A stretch of DNA of 58,878 nt, taken from contig JBBRRV010000003.1 of the NCBI GenBank assembly GCA_038246075.1, forward strand, positions 1 to 58,878. The letters run 5' to 3'. This DNA is from Bacteroidales bacterium. GTDB taxonomy: Bacteria; Bacteroidota; Bacteroidia; Bacteroidales; DASVHX01. The notes below the pieces were generated by a model. That model did no database searches and was not told the DNA's origin. It saw only the letters and a list, made by a program, of their open reading frames with translations. The position numbers and the translations under genes were made by a program. Shown one piece after another: positions 30,324 to 39,846 of the stretch (positions are counted from its first letter, which is position 1; every line of letters starts with the position of its first letter).

Positions 30324-30517
30324 GAACGGGATGTTGAGATAATGCAGCAAGTCTTTATACCTCTTTCTGCTATTGTAAAAATAACAATTTATGCGGTTTA
30401 TTGTTCAACACAGGAAAGGCTAACATTTTGACACGCATGAAACTTACTATGCTGATTGGATTCAGGTTGTGTAAAATTGTCTTTCGCTGCTTCTGCCTCA
30501 GGATATTCAATACAAGG

Positions 30518-31003
30518 TCAAATATTGATTGCCTTTGAAGGAAACATTTCCTCAAGCACATGGTTGCGGTAATCAAAGATGGATTTTACCTTTTTATTGA
30601 TAAAGAGCCGTTCAGCCAGCCTCCCGATTATTCCAAACGGAGCCTGGTAGTGAATGATATCTGTCATTTCTACGCCATCTTTAACTTTGTTGAAGAAATG
30701 CTGATGATGCCAGAGTTTATAGGGGCCGATACGCTGGTCGTCGACGAAATACGCCAATTCCTTTACATGGGTAATTTCAGTTACCCAACACACAGGTATT
30801 GAAAGTACTGGTTTTACGATATATGCTATGATCATTCCCGGGTAAACTGCATCATAAAGAGTTGGTGTTGTAATCCGAAAACCCATACCAGGCGGGGTTA
30901 TTCTGGACAAATTTGAAGGGGCGGAAAAAAATGCCCAGGCTTCCTGAACCGTGATGGGCAGGAACTGTTTTCGTTCAATTCTTTGCATTGTAAAGTTTAA
31001 CAT
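30518..31003 (-). CDS. SRPBCC-superfamily (START/Bet v1-like) protein
   Basis: The opening IERKQFLPITVQEAWAFFSAPSNLSRITPP and the WHHQH motif resemble the small SRPBCC ligand-binding proteins. The start is either 31003 or the ATG at 30988. Confidence 0.55.
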   Translation of the reverse strand: MLNFTMQRIERKQFLPITVQEAWAFFSAPSNLSRITPPGMGFRITTPTLYDAVYPGMIIAYIVKPVLSIPVCWVTEITHVKELAYFVDDQRIGPYKLWHHQHFFNKVKDGVEMTDIIHYQAPFGIIGRLAERLFINKKVKSIFDYRNHVLEEMFPSKAINI

Positions 31004-31283
31004 TTAAAACAGCAAAACCGCTATAATGTTTACCTTAATATGTAAATGATTAAACAAAGATACTTTTATGGTTTTTTTACGGACATGAAATAGCCATGAT
31101 TGTGAAATCAACAATTGATATGATAATATGCTATATCATGGCGAAGCTTATGCTCACGAATATCTTTAAAAATAAAATCAAGACAGGAGTAATTCCATAT
31201 GACCGGTAAAAAATAAATAATAACATATGAAAATAAAACAAGATATGGGTTCTTAGAAAAGGGTTCATTGGCATTCAAAAGCA

Positions 31284-31315
31284 AGAGGCTGTCTTATAAC
31301 GATAAGACAGCCTCT
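31284..31315 (-). terminator. Rho-independent terminator of the cyclase-like gene
   Basis: A 14-bp perfect stem AGAGGCTGTCTTAT / ATAAGACAGCCTCT with loop AACG lies 29 nt after the stop at 31344. On the minus strand it is followed by TGCTTTTG. Confidence 0.75.
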
Positions 31316-31343
31316 GTTTGTTTGATTGCGGGATGATTTGGGG

Positions 31344-32279
31344 CTATATGCCGGAGGTGTTGAGATTCCCCAGACTCACTGTAACAATTTTAGTTTGTTC
31401 AGGATCGTCATCATTCACAAGGTGCATCATCACCTGCAAATGAAGGTTGTATATATTCATATCTGTTTCTTTAGCGCGGATCTTGCCTATCTTCAGGATA
31501 TCCGAATTGATGATCCCCTGGCGCCTGGAAGACTCCCTGCTGAATACTTCATCCTCATAACTATCAAGCAGGCTGCTATCATAATACGTGCTGAATTCAT
31601 GAATATTCCTGATGTCCTCGATGGTCAGCACCTGGAGGTTTTCAATGCCATCCATATTCAGTGTGAACCAACTATATACATTTTCATCGATCAGGCAGCG
31701 GTTAAGTATATCCTTCGATAATATGCGTGCATTGTTTATAATTGCACGGCCATAGAAATTATTGTCGTATGAATAGAGTTTATCCTGGGTAAGTGCAAAA
31801 CGAACGCTGATACCTCCGATGATTTTGCGCAATCGCGGAAAAAAATGGTAAGCATTGTAAATTCTGAGCACCACCGAGAAGTTACAGGCAAAAAGTAATG
31901 CATGCAGTGGTGTGTCGAAAATGAAGAATCCGCCATCACCGGTGCTGATAAACCGATCCTCGATCATTTCCGGTGTATACTTCTGGAAAATATACCTGTG
32001 ATTTGCAAGACAAGCATCAATGGTTGTTCTTAAAATTGTTTTGAAAAGGAAAGGAATGAGTGTCTGTTCAAATTCCCCGTAAGTACTGTATTGATAAATG
32101 TCAACACCGAGTACGGCTTTGGTTCCGATGGACGCATAATCCACATATTCCTTTAGCTCCTGGAAGAGTTCACCTTCATCGGGGATAATATTGGTTTTTT
32201 CGAAGATCACCCTATGATCAGTCCGGTTGAGAATCCTTTTGATCTCCTCGTGGTCAAGACTTTTTATCGGTCGGCTCAT
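31344..32279 (-). CDS. Orphan protein with a class III nucleotidyl cyclase-like motif pattern plus an uncharacterised C-terminal region of about 110 aa
   Basis: Motifs appear in canonical order: AVLGVDIYQYS (first metal Asp, compare V.F.DI.GFT), FISTGDGGFFIF (second metal Asp, compare K..GD..m.vF), ISVRFALTQDKLY (compare lrvRiGihtG) and NFYGRAIINNARILSKD (compare dyfG..VN.AaRle, Asn/Arg present). There is no TM or sensor domain. Confidence 0.55.
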   Translation of the reverse strand: MSRPIKSLDHEEIKRILNRTDHRVIFEKTNIIPDEGELFQELKEYVDYASIGTKAVLGVDIYQYSTYGEFEQTLIPFLFKTILRTTIDACLANHRYIFQKYTPEMIEDRFISTGDGGFFIFDTPLHALLFACNFSVVLRIYNAYHFFPRLRKIIGGISVRFALTQDKLYSYDNNFYGRAIINNARILSKDILNRCLIDENVYSWFTLNMDGIENLQVLTIEDIRNIHEFSTYYDSSLLDSYEDEVFSRESSRRQGIINSDILKIGKIRAKETDMNIYNLHLQVMMHLVNDDDPEQTKIVTVSLGNLNTSGI

Positions 32280-32399
32280 GGTCTTTTTGTTAAATCAGGT
32301 TTATGGCGCCAAAAGAGGTGCTGCGCGGCTAAGTTACAATTTCCGTGAATAATTAAAGATGAACCGCATATTTGAATTGCATTTTCATTGCAGGAAAGA

Positions 32400-33167
32400 C
32401 TATTTAAGTTGGGAACGCAAATGATTTTTCCAGATAGCCCATGAAGCTTCAGCCTGGAGGTGTAACATCTGGAGGCCGCCCTTTACCTTTGCGCCCCGGG
32501 CAGCGCCAAATTCAAGAAATCGCGTTATCGCGGGATTATAATTCAGATCGTAGAGTAGATGATCAGGAGTGATAAGGTGATAGGGCAAAGCCGGAAAAGT
32601 GGATGTAAGCGGAAACTTTCCAAGGGGCGTGGTATTAATAATGATGTTGTGCGCAGAAAGTAAATCACCTGTAATGTCTTCATAGGTGAGTTGATCCTGG
32701 CTTTTGGGATTTCGCGAAATAAAGGTAAACGGGATATTGTTTTTATGGAGCACATAAGCTACTGCTTTAGAGGCTCCGCCTGTTCCAAGTACCAGCGCGC
32801 GCTTATGCCAGGGTTTCAGCAGCGGCAGCAGCGATTGTTCAAATCCGGTCACATCCGTGTTATAGCCTTCCAGCAAAATATCATTGTGCTGACGAACAAT
32901 TGCAATTGTATTAACAGCACCAACGGCTGTGGCTGTGGCATCCAGCTTATGGAGCAGTGGGATTACGGAAACTTTATGTGGAATCGTAACATTTAGCCCA
33001 CAAAGGGAAGTGTTTTTTTCGACAAGGGCTGATAAGCCGGAAATGTCGTGCAGCGGAAAGAGACGGTAATCAAAATCTTTTAAGTCTTCCGCCTCAAACA
33101 GGGAGGTGAAATAGGCAACGGAAAATGATTGAACAACCGGAAATCCAATCAGGCCAAAACTGGTCAT
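32400..33167 (-). CDS. aroE: Shikimate dehydrogenase
   Basis: It carries FGLIGFPV, NVTIPHK, the Rossmann motif LGTGGASKAV and NTTPLG. Confidence 0.9.
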   Translation of the reverse strand: MTSFGLIGFPVVQSFSVAYFTSLFEAEDLKDFDYRLFPLHDISGLSALVEKNTSLCGLNVTIPHKVSVIPLLHKLDATATAVGAVNTIAIVRQHNDILLEGYNTDVTGFEQSLLPLLKPWHKRALVLGTGGASKAVAYVLHKNNIPFTFISRNPKSQDQLTYEDITGDLLSAHNIIINTTPLGKFPLTSTFPALPYHLITPDHLLYDLNYNPAITRFLEFGAARGAKVKGGLQMLHLQAEASWAIWKNHLRSQLK

Positions 33168-33811
33168 GCACGGGAGAACTTATGTTTGATGAAGGTGACA
33201 ATCGGAGGAACTACCGAGATCATAATTATACCTATTATGACCAACGAGAAATTATTCTTTACGAATGAATTGTTGGCAAACAGATAGCCTGCAATGGCAA
33301 AGATGTTTACCCACAATAGGTTACCGGCAATGCTGAACATCAGGAAGCGTGGATAACGCATTTTTCCGACGCCGGCTACAAAAGGGGCAAAGGTGCGCAC
33401 GAAAGGCATAAACCTGGCAATGATCAGGGTTTTCCCTCCATGTTTCTCATAAAAAGTTTGTGTTTTGTCGAGGTATTTACGCCTGATAAGTTTGTAATTC
33501 TTTTCATAGACTTTTTGCCCCAGGAACCTGCCAATAAAATAATTCGTGTTATCGCCGGTGAATGCAGCAGTGCATAAAATAAGGATCAGCAACGGCAGGT
33601 GAAGTGGATTTGTTGGCATGGCTGACAGGGCCCCAGCCGCAAAAATGAGTGAATCGCCCGGCAGGAAAGGTGTAACCACTAATCCTGTTTCACAGAAAAT
33701 AATGACGAAAAGAATGAGATACGTCCATGTTTGGTAATTGGTAACAATTTCAAGCAGGTGTTTATCAATATGCAACACAAAATCAATCATGAAGCGGAAG
33801 AACTCAAGCAT
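33164..33811 (-). CDS. DedA-family membrane protein
   Basis: It carries the DedA signatures VTPFLPGDSLIFAAGAL and RFMPFVRTFAPFVAG. It has a 4-nt ATGA overlap with aroE. Confidence 0.85.
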   Translation of the reverse strand: MLEFFRFMIDFVLHIDKHLLEIVTNYQTWTYLILFVIIFCETGLVVTPFLPGDSLIFAAGALSAMPTNPLHLPLLILILCTAAFTGDNTNYFIGRFLGQKVYEKNYKLIRRKYLDKTQTFYEKHGGKTLIIARFMPFVRTFAPFVAGVGKMRYPRFLMFSIAGNLLWVNIFAIAGYLFANNSFVKNNFSLVIIGIIMISVVPPIVTFIKHKFSRA

Positions 33812-33886
33812 AGGAAGGCGGTTATATGTATTATCAGGATAAAGTAATTAAGAGGTTCAGGGTGTTCTTTCCGTTGCTCAATCGTT

Positions 33887-35323
33887 TCAAAGCGGCAAAA
33901 GGGGTTGATCATTGGCAGGCTTATAGAGTTCTACCAGGTTGATATATTCAGGATCTTCATTAAGCTTTGGCGCATATTCGAACATCAGGGTATAATTGTC
34001 GTAGCATGTTTGCAGCGCGTGGCTAAGCACCAGCAGGGATTCTTTTCGCTTGCCCATGCAATGCAGATAACACACAAGCCTGTAATAATGTGCGGAATTA
34101 TCGGGCTGCAGTACAATGCCCTCATTCAGAATATCAATGGCAGATGCGTAATCTTCCTGCTCTGCATAGAGATGTGAAAATTCGAGCCAGATATCGGCAT
34201 TATCGGGTTCCATATCAGCAACTTTGCGGAAAGAGACGGTGGCTTCATCGATCAGTCCTGCACTCAATTGTGTATCGGCAAGGATAAACCAAAACTCTGC
34301 ATTGGCAGGCTCAATTTCAATGGCGCGGTGTATATGACGCAAGGCACCTTCATAATTGGCCTGTTCGCTCAGGCAAACACCAATTCCAACCCATGCATCC
34401 GATAGCAGTTCATCGAGTTCAATGGCTTTTTTGTAATTCTCTATCGCCTGAGGATATTTTTCGAGTTTCTCATAACATTCGCCCATGCAGTAAACCGACA
34501 TGGCTTCAGGTTCTTCCATTTCGAATGCTTCCTTATAAATGCGTATGGCATGAAAGAAGCGGCCCATGGCAAAGTAGGCATTGGCTTTGTTCAGCAGGGC
34601 TGCCACGTAAAATGGATCTATAGCAAGGGCGTAATCATGAGCTTCTATGGCTTTTTCATAAAGCTCGAGCCTGTAAAGCAGCAGCCCGAGACTAAGCCAT
34701 GCATCGGCGTTATATGGGTTTTCGTTGATGAATTCTTCAAAGTATGCAATACCTTCATCGAGGCGGTTACCCAAATCGTAACAAACGCTCAATTCGGTAA
34801 GTACATTGTCCATTGCAAAATCATTGGTAATGGCCAGGTGGAAATGCTCGATGGCTTTTTCATATTGGCATAAGGTCATGTATTCATTGGCAATTTCCAT
34901 GTAAATCATGCCAACATCTTCTGATTCATCAGCTTCTGCAGCCTTGTTTAATTCTTCTATGGCATCGTCGTGGCGGTTCATCTGGCTGTAAATCGCTCCG
35001 CGGGTGCGGAAAATATCTGCATTGCGGGGGTCTATCGCTTCAACTGTAGAAAGCAGATTAAGGGCATTTTCGCCTTTGTCGGTCCAAAGCAAAAGCTGCG
35101 CCTGTTTCACCAGCAGGCTCATGGTGGAGGGGTGCTGTTCCAATGCAAGGGCAATTGTTTTCTCGGCTCGTTCAAGATCGCCGAAAAAAAACTGGAATTC
35201 TATAAGATCTTCAAACTCTTCGACATCAAAGAAGGAATATCCGTCTCCTTCAAGCATCTTCTCAAGCCTGGCCATTAGTGGGCCGATGGTGTCGTCGTCG
35301 TTTGGTTCAAAGGATAAACTCAT
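33887..35323 (-). CDS. Tetratricopeptide-repeat protein
   Basis: It has many 34-aa repeats with the A..Y..AL..DP..A.A. pattern throughout. Confidence 0.85.
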   Translation of the reverse strand: MSLSFEPNDDDTIGPLMARLEKMLEGDGYSFFDVEEFEDLIEFQFFFGDLERAEKTIALALEQHPSTMSLLVKQAQLLLWTDKGENALNLLSTVEAIDPRNADIFRTRGAIYSQMNRHDDAIEELNKAAEADESEDVGMIYMEIANEYMTLCQYEKAIEHFHLAITNDFAMDNVLTELSVCYDLGNRLDEGIAYFEEFINENPYNADAWLSLGLLLYRLELYEKAIEAHDYALAIDPFYVAALLNKANAYFAMGRFFHAIRIYKEAFEMEEPEAMSVYCMGECYEKLEKYPQAIENYKKAIELDELLSDAWVGIGVCLSEQANYEGALRHIHRAIEIEPANAEFWFILADTQLSAGLIDEATVSFRKVADMEPDNADIWLEFSHLYAEQEDYASAIDILNEGIVLQPDNSAHYYRLVCYLHCMGKRKESLLVLSHALQTCYDNYTLMFEYAPKLNEDPEYINLVELYKPANDQPLLPL

Positions 35324-35525
35324 CGTATGATTTTGTGCTCCGTGTAAATATTAGTCGTACAAAAGTAATCAAAATAGCAGCATGTGGATGCGACGGAATT
35401 TATTTTGGGGAGAAGAACCAGCGGAATTGATTAAAAATAACAATAAGTTAACAATCAAATAAGGACATCTAAAACGGGTACATTGGACTGTGGGAAGGGG
35501 TTTTGGGAAAGCATAGCTATAAGAT

Positions 35526-37400
35526 CTATGCTTTTGGCGTTATTGCCTCCTTAATGGATTCACTGTCCCAGGCGTGGTCATTGAGCGAAAAATTTTTACC
35601 GACTTCGGCCGAAAGCAGTTTCTCCTGCATCGCTATATTTAACCTTGTAAGTGAAATGTATTCTTTACTTTGATGCTTGACTTTTGCCAGATCTTTCAGG
35701 GCATCCTCGTCATATTTAAAGAAACTTTGAGCTGCACGGTGAACAGTATGTGCCCTGTGTCCCAGTTTAATCAGTACATCTTTGCTCAGGCGGATGGAAG
35801 AATCCAGGTATTCACGGTAGATATTTTCAACTTTGTTTTCCGATAATTCATAGGCATCTATCCGGTTATCGGCACGCATCATCAGTTCCAGATGAGGAAA
35901 ATGTTTCTTAACTGTTTCTACGAGCTGCAGATTGACATCGGGAGAATCAATGGCTGAGATAAGAATTGTTGCATCCGCAGCACCCGCCGAAGCCAGCAGG
36001 TCGGCACGTGTGGCATCGCCAAAATATACTTTGAATCCTAATTTCCTTAAGAAATCAACCCTGTCGGAATCGTGATCGAGGATTGTGGCATTTACACCGT
36101 TAGCTCTCAGAAAACGGCCAATGGTACTACCGAAATCTGAAAATCCTGCGATGATCACCTTGTTTTTTTCTTCAATAACATCATCAGGTTTTACATCTTG
36201 CCTTTTTACACTCATCCCAGGCAATATTAACTTTTCGAGTGCCAGGATCATGACAGGTGTGACCGTCATGCTCAGGGCCACAACAGCCATCAGCATGTCT
36301 GAATCAGCTTCGACAAGAATATTGAGCTGACGGGCAAAAGCAAATGTCACAAAGGCAAATTCACCGACTTGTGACAGACCAATGGCAAATACCAGGTTCT
36401 GATCGGAGGAGAGTTTGGAGATTTTTCCGATTATCAGCAATACCAAGGTTTTTATGAGGATAATCCCAACCGTGATGGATAAAATCAGTGTGGCCTTATC
36501 AGCGATAAGCCCGAAATTGATAGAGGCGCCTACGGCTATGAAAAACAGGCCTAGCAATAACCCTTTGAAAGGATCAAGGTCAGTTTCCAGCTCATGCTTG
36601 AATTCACTGTTAGCAAGAATAACTCCGGCCAGGAAGGTGCCCAGGGCAGGGCTCAGGCCTACCATTCCCATCAGAAATGCAATACCAACGACAATCAGCA
36701 AGGCAGAAGCCGTAAACAACTCTCTTAAACCTGTTCTGGCAATAATCCGCAACAAAGGAACGATGGCGTACCTGCCAATGAGTATAACCAGGGACACTGC
36801 GCCTATCAGTGAAAGCGTCTGCACCCATCCGGCATAGCCGCTCAGCATTCCCCGGCTTTCTGAAGAGGAATCCATAGTTGATACGACTGCCAAAAGGGGA
36901 AGAACAGCCAGGATGGGAATAATGGCAATGTCCTGAAGCAGAAGTACGGAAAAGGAATGTTGACCTGAAACAGTTCCCAGCTGGTTCTTTTCTTTAAGCG
37001 ATTGCAATACAATAGCCGTGGAAGAAAGCGACAGTGAAAGACCAATGGCCAGGGAAGATTGCCAGCTTAACTTAAAAGCCAGTGCAATCAAAAAGAATAT
37101 GGTTGATGAAAGCACCACCTGCGATAAACCAACGCCCGTGATCATCACACGCATTTTCCAGAGTTTTGCCGGCTCCAGTTCAAGGCCGATGAGGAAGAGC
37201 ATCATGACTACGCCGAATTCCGCAAAGTGCATGATATCCGCACCTTCTTCCCCAATGAAGCCAAGCACGTATGGACCGATTAGAATCCCGGCGATCAGGT
37301 ATCCAAGTACCGATCCCATTCCTAATCGCTTTGCCAATGGCACGCAGATCACGGCTGCAGCCAGGTATATGATCGCCTGAAATAAAAATCCGCCTCCCAT
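35526..37400 (-). CDS. kefB: Glutathione-gated K+-efflux antiporter (CPA2, KefB/KefC family)
   Basis: It has a polytopic Na+/H+-exchanger-type domain plus a C-terminal KTN/TrkA-N Rossmann (VIIAGFSDFGSTIGRFL). It is preceded by a kefG-like gene with a 2-nt gap. Confidence 0.88.
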   Translation of the reverse strand: MGGGFLFQAIIYLAAAVICVPLAKRLGMGSVLGYLIAGILIGPYVLGFIGEEGADIMHFAEFGVVMMLFLIGLELEPAKLWKMRVMITGVGLSQVVLSSTIFFLIALAFKLSWQSSLAIGLSLSLSSTAIVLQSLKEKNQLGTVSGQHSFSVLLLQDIAIIPILAVLPLLAVVSTMDSSSESRGMLSGYAGWVQTLSLIGAVSLVILIGRYAIVPLLRIIARTGLRELFTASALLIVVGIAFLMGMVGLSPALGTFLAGVILANSEFKHELETDLDPFKGLLLGLFFIAVGASINFGLIADKATLILSITVGIILIKTLVLLIIGKISKLSSDQNLVFAIGLSQVGEFAFVTFAFARQLNILVEADSDMLMAVVALSMTVTPVMILALEKLILPGMSVKRQDVKPDDVIEEKNKVIIAGFSDFGSTIGRFLRANGVNATILDHDSDRVDFLRKLGFKVYFGDATRADLLASAGAADATILISAIDSPDVNLQLVETVKKHFPHLELMMRADNRIDAYELSENKVENIYREYLDSSIRLSKDVLIKLGHRAHTVHRAAQSFFKYDEDALKDLAKVKHQSKEYISLTRLNIAMQEKLLSAEVGKNFSLNDHAWDSESIKEAITPKA

Positions 37401-37402
37401 GG

Positions 37403-37996
37403 TTATGCTGTATAATAATGATTCAATAATTCCAGGTGAAAAAGGTTCTCAGGGATAACCGGATCATTGCTAAGAAATTGAACCAGGCTGACATACCGCC
37501 GGGCCTGCTCCTGCAAATCCGTTGCTGTTATATAATGTGTTCCCTGCACGGCAAAAGGGGGCAAATAATTCATTTTACAAAGATTTGCCGTTTGCTCAAA
37601 GGGAATTAAATACTCCCTGAGCGTAAACTTGTTCCTTCCGTCTTTCTGATATGCTTCAGCTGATCCCCCTGATGTGATGGCATTAAAGACATATTTTCCG
37701 CGCAGGGCATTCCCGGTGGGTCCATAGGCCCATCCGATCTCCAATACAAGGTCAATCCATTGCTTGAGCAGGGGAGGGCAGCTATACCAATAAAAAGGGT
37801 GATGCCATATAATGATATCATGTTCGCTCAGTAACTGCTTTTCTTTTTCCAGGTCAATATTAAAATCCGGGTAATGCTGGTAAAGATCATTGATGGTAAC
37901 TGATTCGAGGTTTTTGACACTGTCGATCAACACCTTGTTTACCTTCGATAATTCGAATTTTGGATGCGCCAGCAGGATCAGGATTTTTTTCATCAT
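37403..37996 (-). CDS. kefG: KefG/KefF-type flavodoxin-like ancillary quinone oxidoreductase
   Basis: It is collinear with E. coli KefG as I recall it: ILILLAHPK.., DLYQHYPDFNIDL, HPFYWYSCPPLLKQWIDLVL. Confidence 0.85.
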   Translation of the reverse strand: MMKKILILLAHPKFELSKVNKVLIDSVKNLESVTINDLYQHYPDFNIDLEKEKQLLSEHDIIIWHHPFYWYSCPPLLKQWIDLVLEIGWAYGPTGNALRGKYVFNAITSGGSAEAYQKDGRNKFTLREYLIPFEQTANLCKMNYLPPFAVQGTHYITATDLQEQARRYVSLVQFLSNDPVIPENLFHLELLNHYYTA

Positions 37997-38316
37997 AAAA
38001 TGATTTTCCGGTCAGATCATATATAACATCTAACCAGGAGTTGAGTTGTTTAGCTTTTACCACCGGCATTCAATCCGGAAATTCCGGGGTAAGTGAACTT
38101 GTTTGATGGGAATATAATTATAACAATCATAATGCATTGCGGTTCATTTTCCGGATAAAAAACGTTTCTGAACGGTTTGCGGATTATTTGATTAAAAGCA
38201 CTGTAAAAAGAGTGCCGTCATAAACCAGGTTCACAGGAGATGCAAACAAGTTTCACGACGGCATGCTGAATGAATTGGTATGGGCTGCTTTCGCCCGCAT
38301 CAATCAATAAATGTTG

Positions 38317-39777
38317 TTATTCGATAACCAATGTCTGGATTGAATGCGGCAGGCTGGTGGTTTGGGCAGCCATACCTTTGATCCATAGGCGATAAGGAAT
38401 TTTATCACTGCTCTGGTTCATGACCACTACGGCAATTGTTCCATCTGTGTTGAGGAATGCTGTAGAAATCAGCTGTCCGCGGCTTGGCGAACTAATGATC
38501 CTTTTGGCACCTGGACGGATGAACTTCGAGAAATGGCCTATGTAATAAAATGAATTCAGATAATAGATCTGTCCGGTATGCGTATCAGCATGAACGGGAG
38601 CAAAACAAAAGTTCTCCACATGGTTGGGGCCGCCGGTTTCATCCAGCAGTATATTCCAGTCGGTCCAGGCACAGGTACCGTTGTTAAAGTCGTTTATCAT
38701 GGAGAGCCCGTATTTCTCACCCCATTTCCATTCTTCCATCTTGCTGAAGTCGTAACTTTCGGCACAGCCTTCCGTAAAGATGAGGTTCGTTTTTGGATAA
38801 GTTTCTGCCACACGTTTCACATTATCATAAATATTTCCGCCGCCGGTCCAGCTCTCATACCAGTGGAAGCCGATACCCCACACATATTTTGCGGCTTCAG
38901 GATCATCCAGGATGGTGCTGGCACGCTGAAACATCAGGTCACGGTTGTGATCCCAGGCAATAATCCTTTTGGTTCCCAGTCCTGCCTTCTGCAAGGTTGG
39001 CCCGATATATTTCTTGATAAAATCGCGTTCATCTTCGGCCGTATAAAGGCAGGATTCCCATTTTTGTGTTGCCATGGGTTCATTTTGAACACTAATACCC
39101 CACACGGGTATGCCTTCTGCCTGGTAGGCATTGATAAACTTTACATAATAATTTGCCCAGCTCTGGTAAAATTCCGGTTTAAGTTTTCCACCATGCAGCA
39201 TATCGTTGTTCGTCTTCATCCAGGCCGGAGGGCTCCATGGGCTTGCATACAACCTGAGCTTTCCGCCGGCTACCGCAATGGCCTGTTTAATGAAGGGAAT
39301 ACGGTATTGCTTATCATGTGCCACACTGAATGTTTTTAAACTGGCATCATTGTCGTTTACATAGGTATAACTGCCGCTCGAAAAGTCGCAACTATTGATA
39401 TTCGTTCTCGCCAGCGTATATCCTATCCCTTTTTCCGGATCAAAATATTGCTGTAAAAATTCCTGTTGTTTGTCTTTTGGCAGTTTGGCAAAGGTTTCGG
39501 CTGATGCATCGGTCAATGCAGCACCAATGCCTACAAATGTCTGGAAGGTCTTTGTCGGATCAACAAACACGCAAGGTTCTGTTTCCAGTGGCTGTGCAAA
39601 CGCCGTAAATTTCAAAGTGTCGGTGATGGTCAGCCTGTACTTTGAATTGTCGGCGGTTGTGTATACAATTACCTTTTTACCGGTTGTATGCGAAGGTTTA
39701 TTCATTGTTTTTTGCGCTAACAGCGGACCTGCTGCCAGCAGCATGCAGAATCCCGTTAAAAAAATCATTTTGCTCAT
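38317..39777 (-). CDS. Glycoside hydrolase family 30 (glucosylceramidase / beta-1,6-glucanase-like)
   Basis: It has a signal peptide and the GH30 patterns FVGIGAALTDASA, ASPWSPPAWMK, ISVQNEP and IFTEGC. Confidence 0.85.
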   Translation of the reverse strand: MSKMIFLTGFCMLLAAGPLLAQKTMNKPSHTTGKKVIVYTTADNSKYRLTITDTLKFTAFAQPLETEPCVFVDPTKTFQTFVGIGAALTDASAETFAKLPKDKQQEFLQQYFDPEKGIGYTLARTNINSCDFSSGSYTYVNDNDASLKTFSVAHDKQYRIPFIKQAIAVAGGKLRLYASPWSPPAWMKTNNDMLHGGKLKPEFYQSWANYYVKFINAYQAEGIPVWGISVQNEPMATQKWESCLYTAEDERDFIKKYIGPTLQKAGLGTKRIIAWDHNRDLMFQRASTILDDPEAAKYVWGIGFHWYESWTGGGNIYDNVKRVAETYPKTNLIFTEGCAESYDFSKMEEWKWGEKYGLSMINDFNNGTCAWTDWNILLDETGGPNHVENFCFAPVHADTHTGQIYYLNSFYYIGHFSKFIRPGAKRIISSPSRGQLISTAFLNTDGTIAVVVMNQSSDKIPYRLWIKGMAAQTTSLPHSIQTLVIE

Positions 39778-39846
39778 CTGATTTATTTTAAATTTTTATG
39801 TTAAATGTATGATGTTGAATCACGCTGGTCCGATAAATTTATATTT

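Noticed and set aside
31131-31268. A 45-aa very hydrophobic minus-strand ORF (MNPFLRTHILFYFHMLLFIFYRSYGITPVLILFLKIFVSISFAMI) lies just downstream of the cyclase-like gene. I considered it as a possible membrane effector.
   Set aside because: It starts after the strong terminator. It lies in extremely AT-rich DNA, where Phe/Ile/Leu-rich ORFs arise by chance. It has no cyclic-nucleotide-binding domain, and I saw no ribosome-binding context. It is worth a tblastn check only.
30518-33167. I looked for a two-gene Pycsar/CBASS-like arrangement around the cyclase-like gene, asking whether an effector is encoded next to it.
   Set aside because: The neighbours are aroE (housekeeping) and, beyond a terminator and a 340-bp gap, a small SRPBCC protein. 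Neither has TIR, TM-pore, patatin, endonuclease or cNMP-binding features. A canonical operon cannot be claimed.
34393-35330. Several plus-strand ORFs of 76-108 aa lie inside the TPR gene.
   Set aside because: They are antisense shadows of a repeat-rich gene and have no domain signatures.
36085-37380. Plus-strand ORFs (81-140 aa) and short minus-strand out-of-frame ORFs lie inside kefB.
   Set aside because: They are antisense or out of frame within a well-supported transporter gene.
38578-39339. A long (253-aa) plus-strand ORF lies antisense to the first GH30 gene.
   Set aside because: It has no motifs and an unusual composition (His/Phe/Pro/Cys-rich), and it is fully nested opposite a gene with clear GH30 signatures. 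This is a typical shadow ORF.
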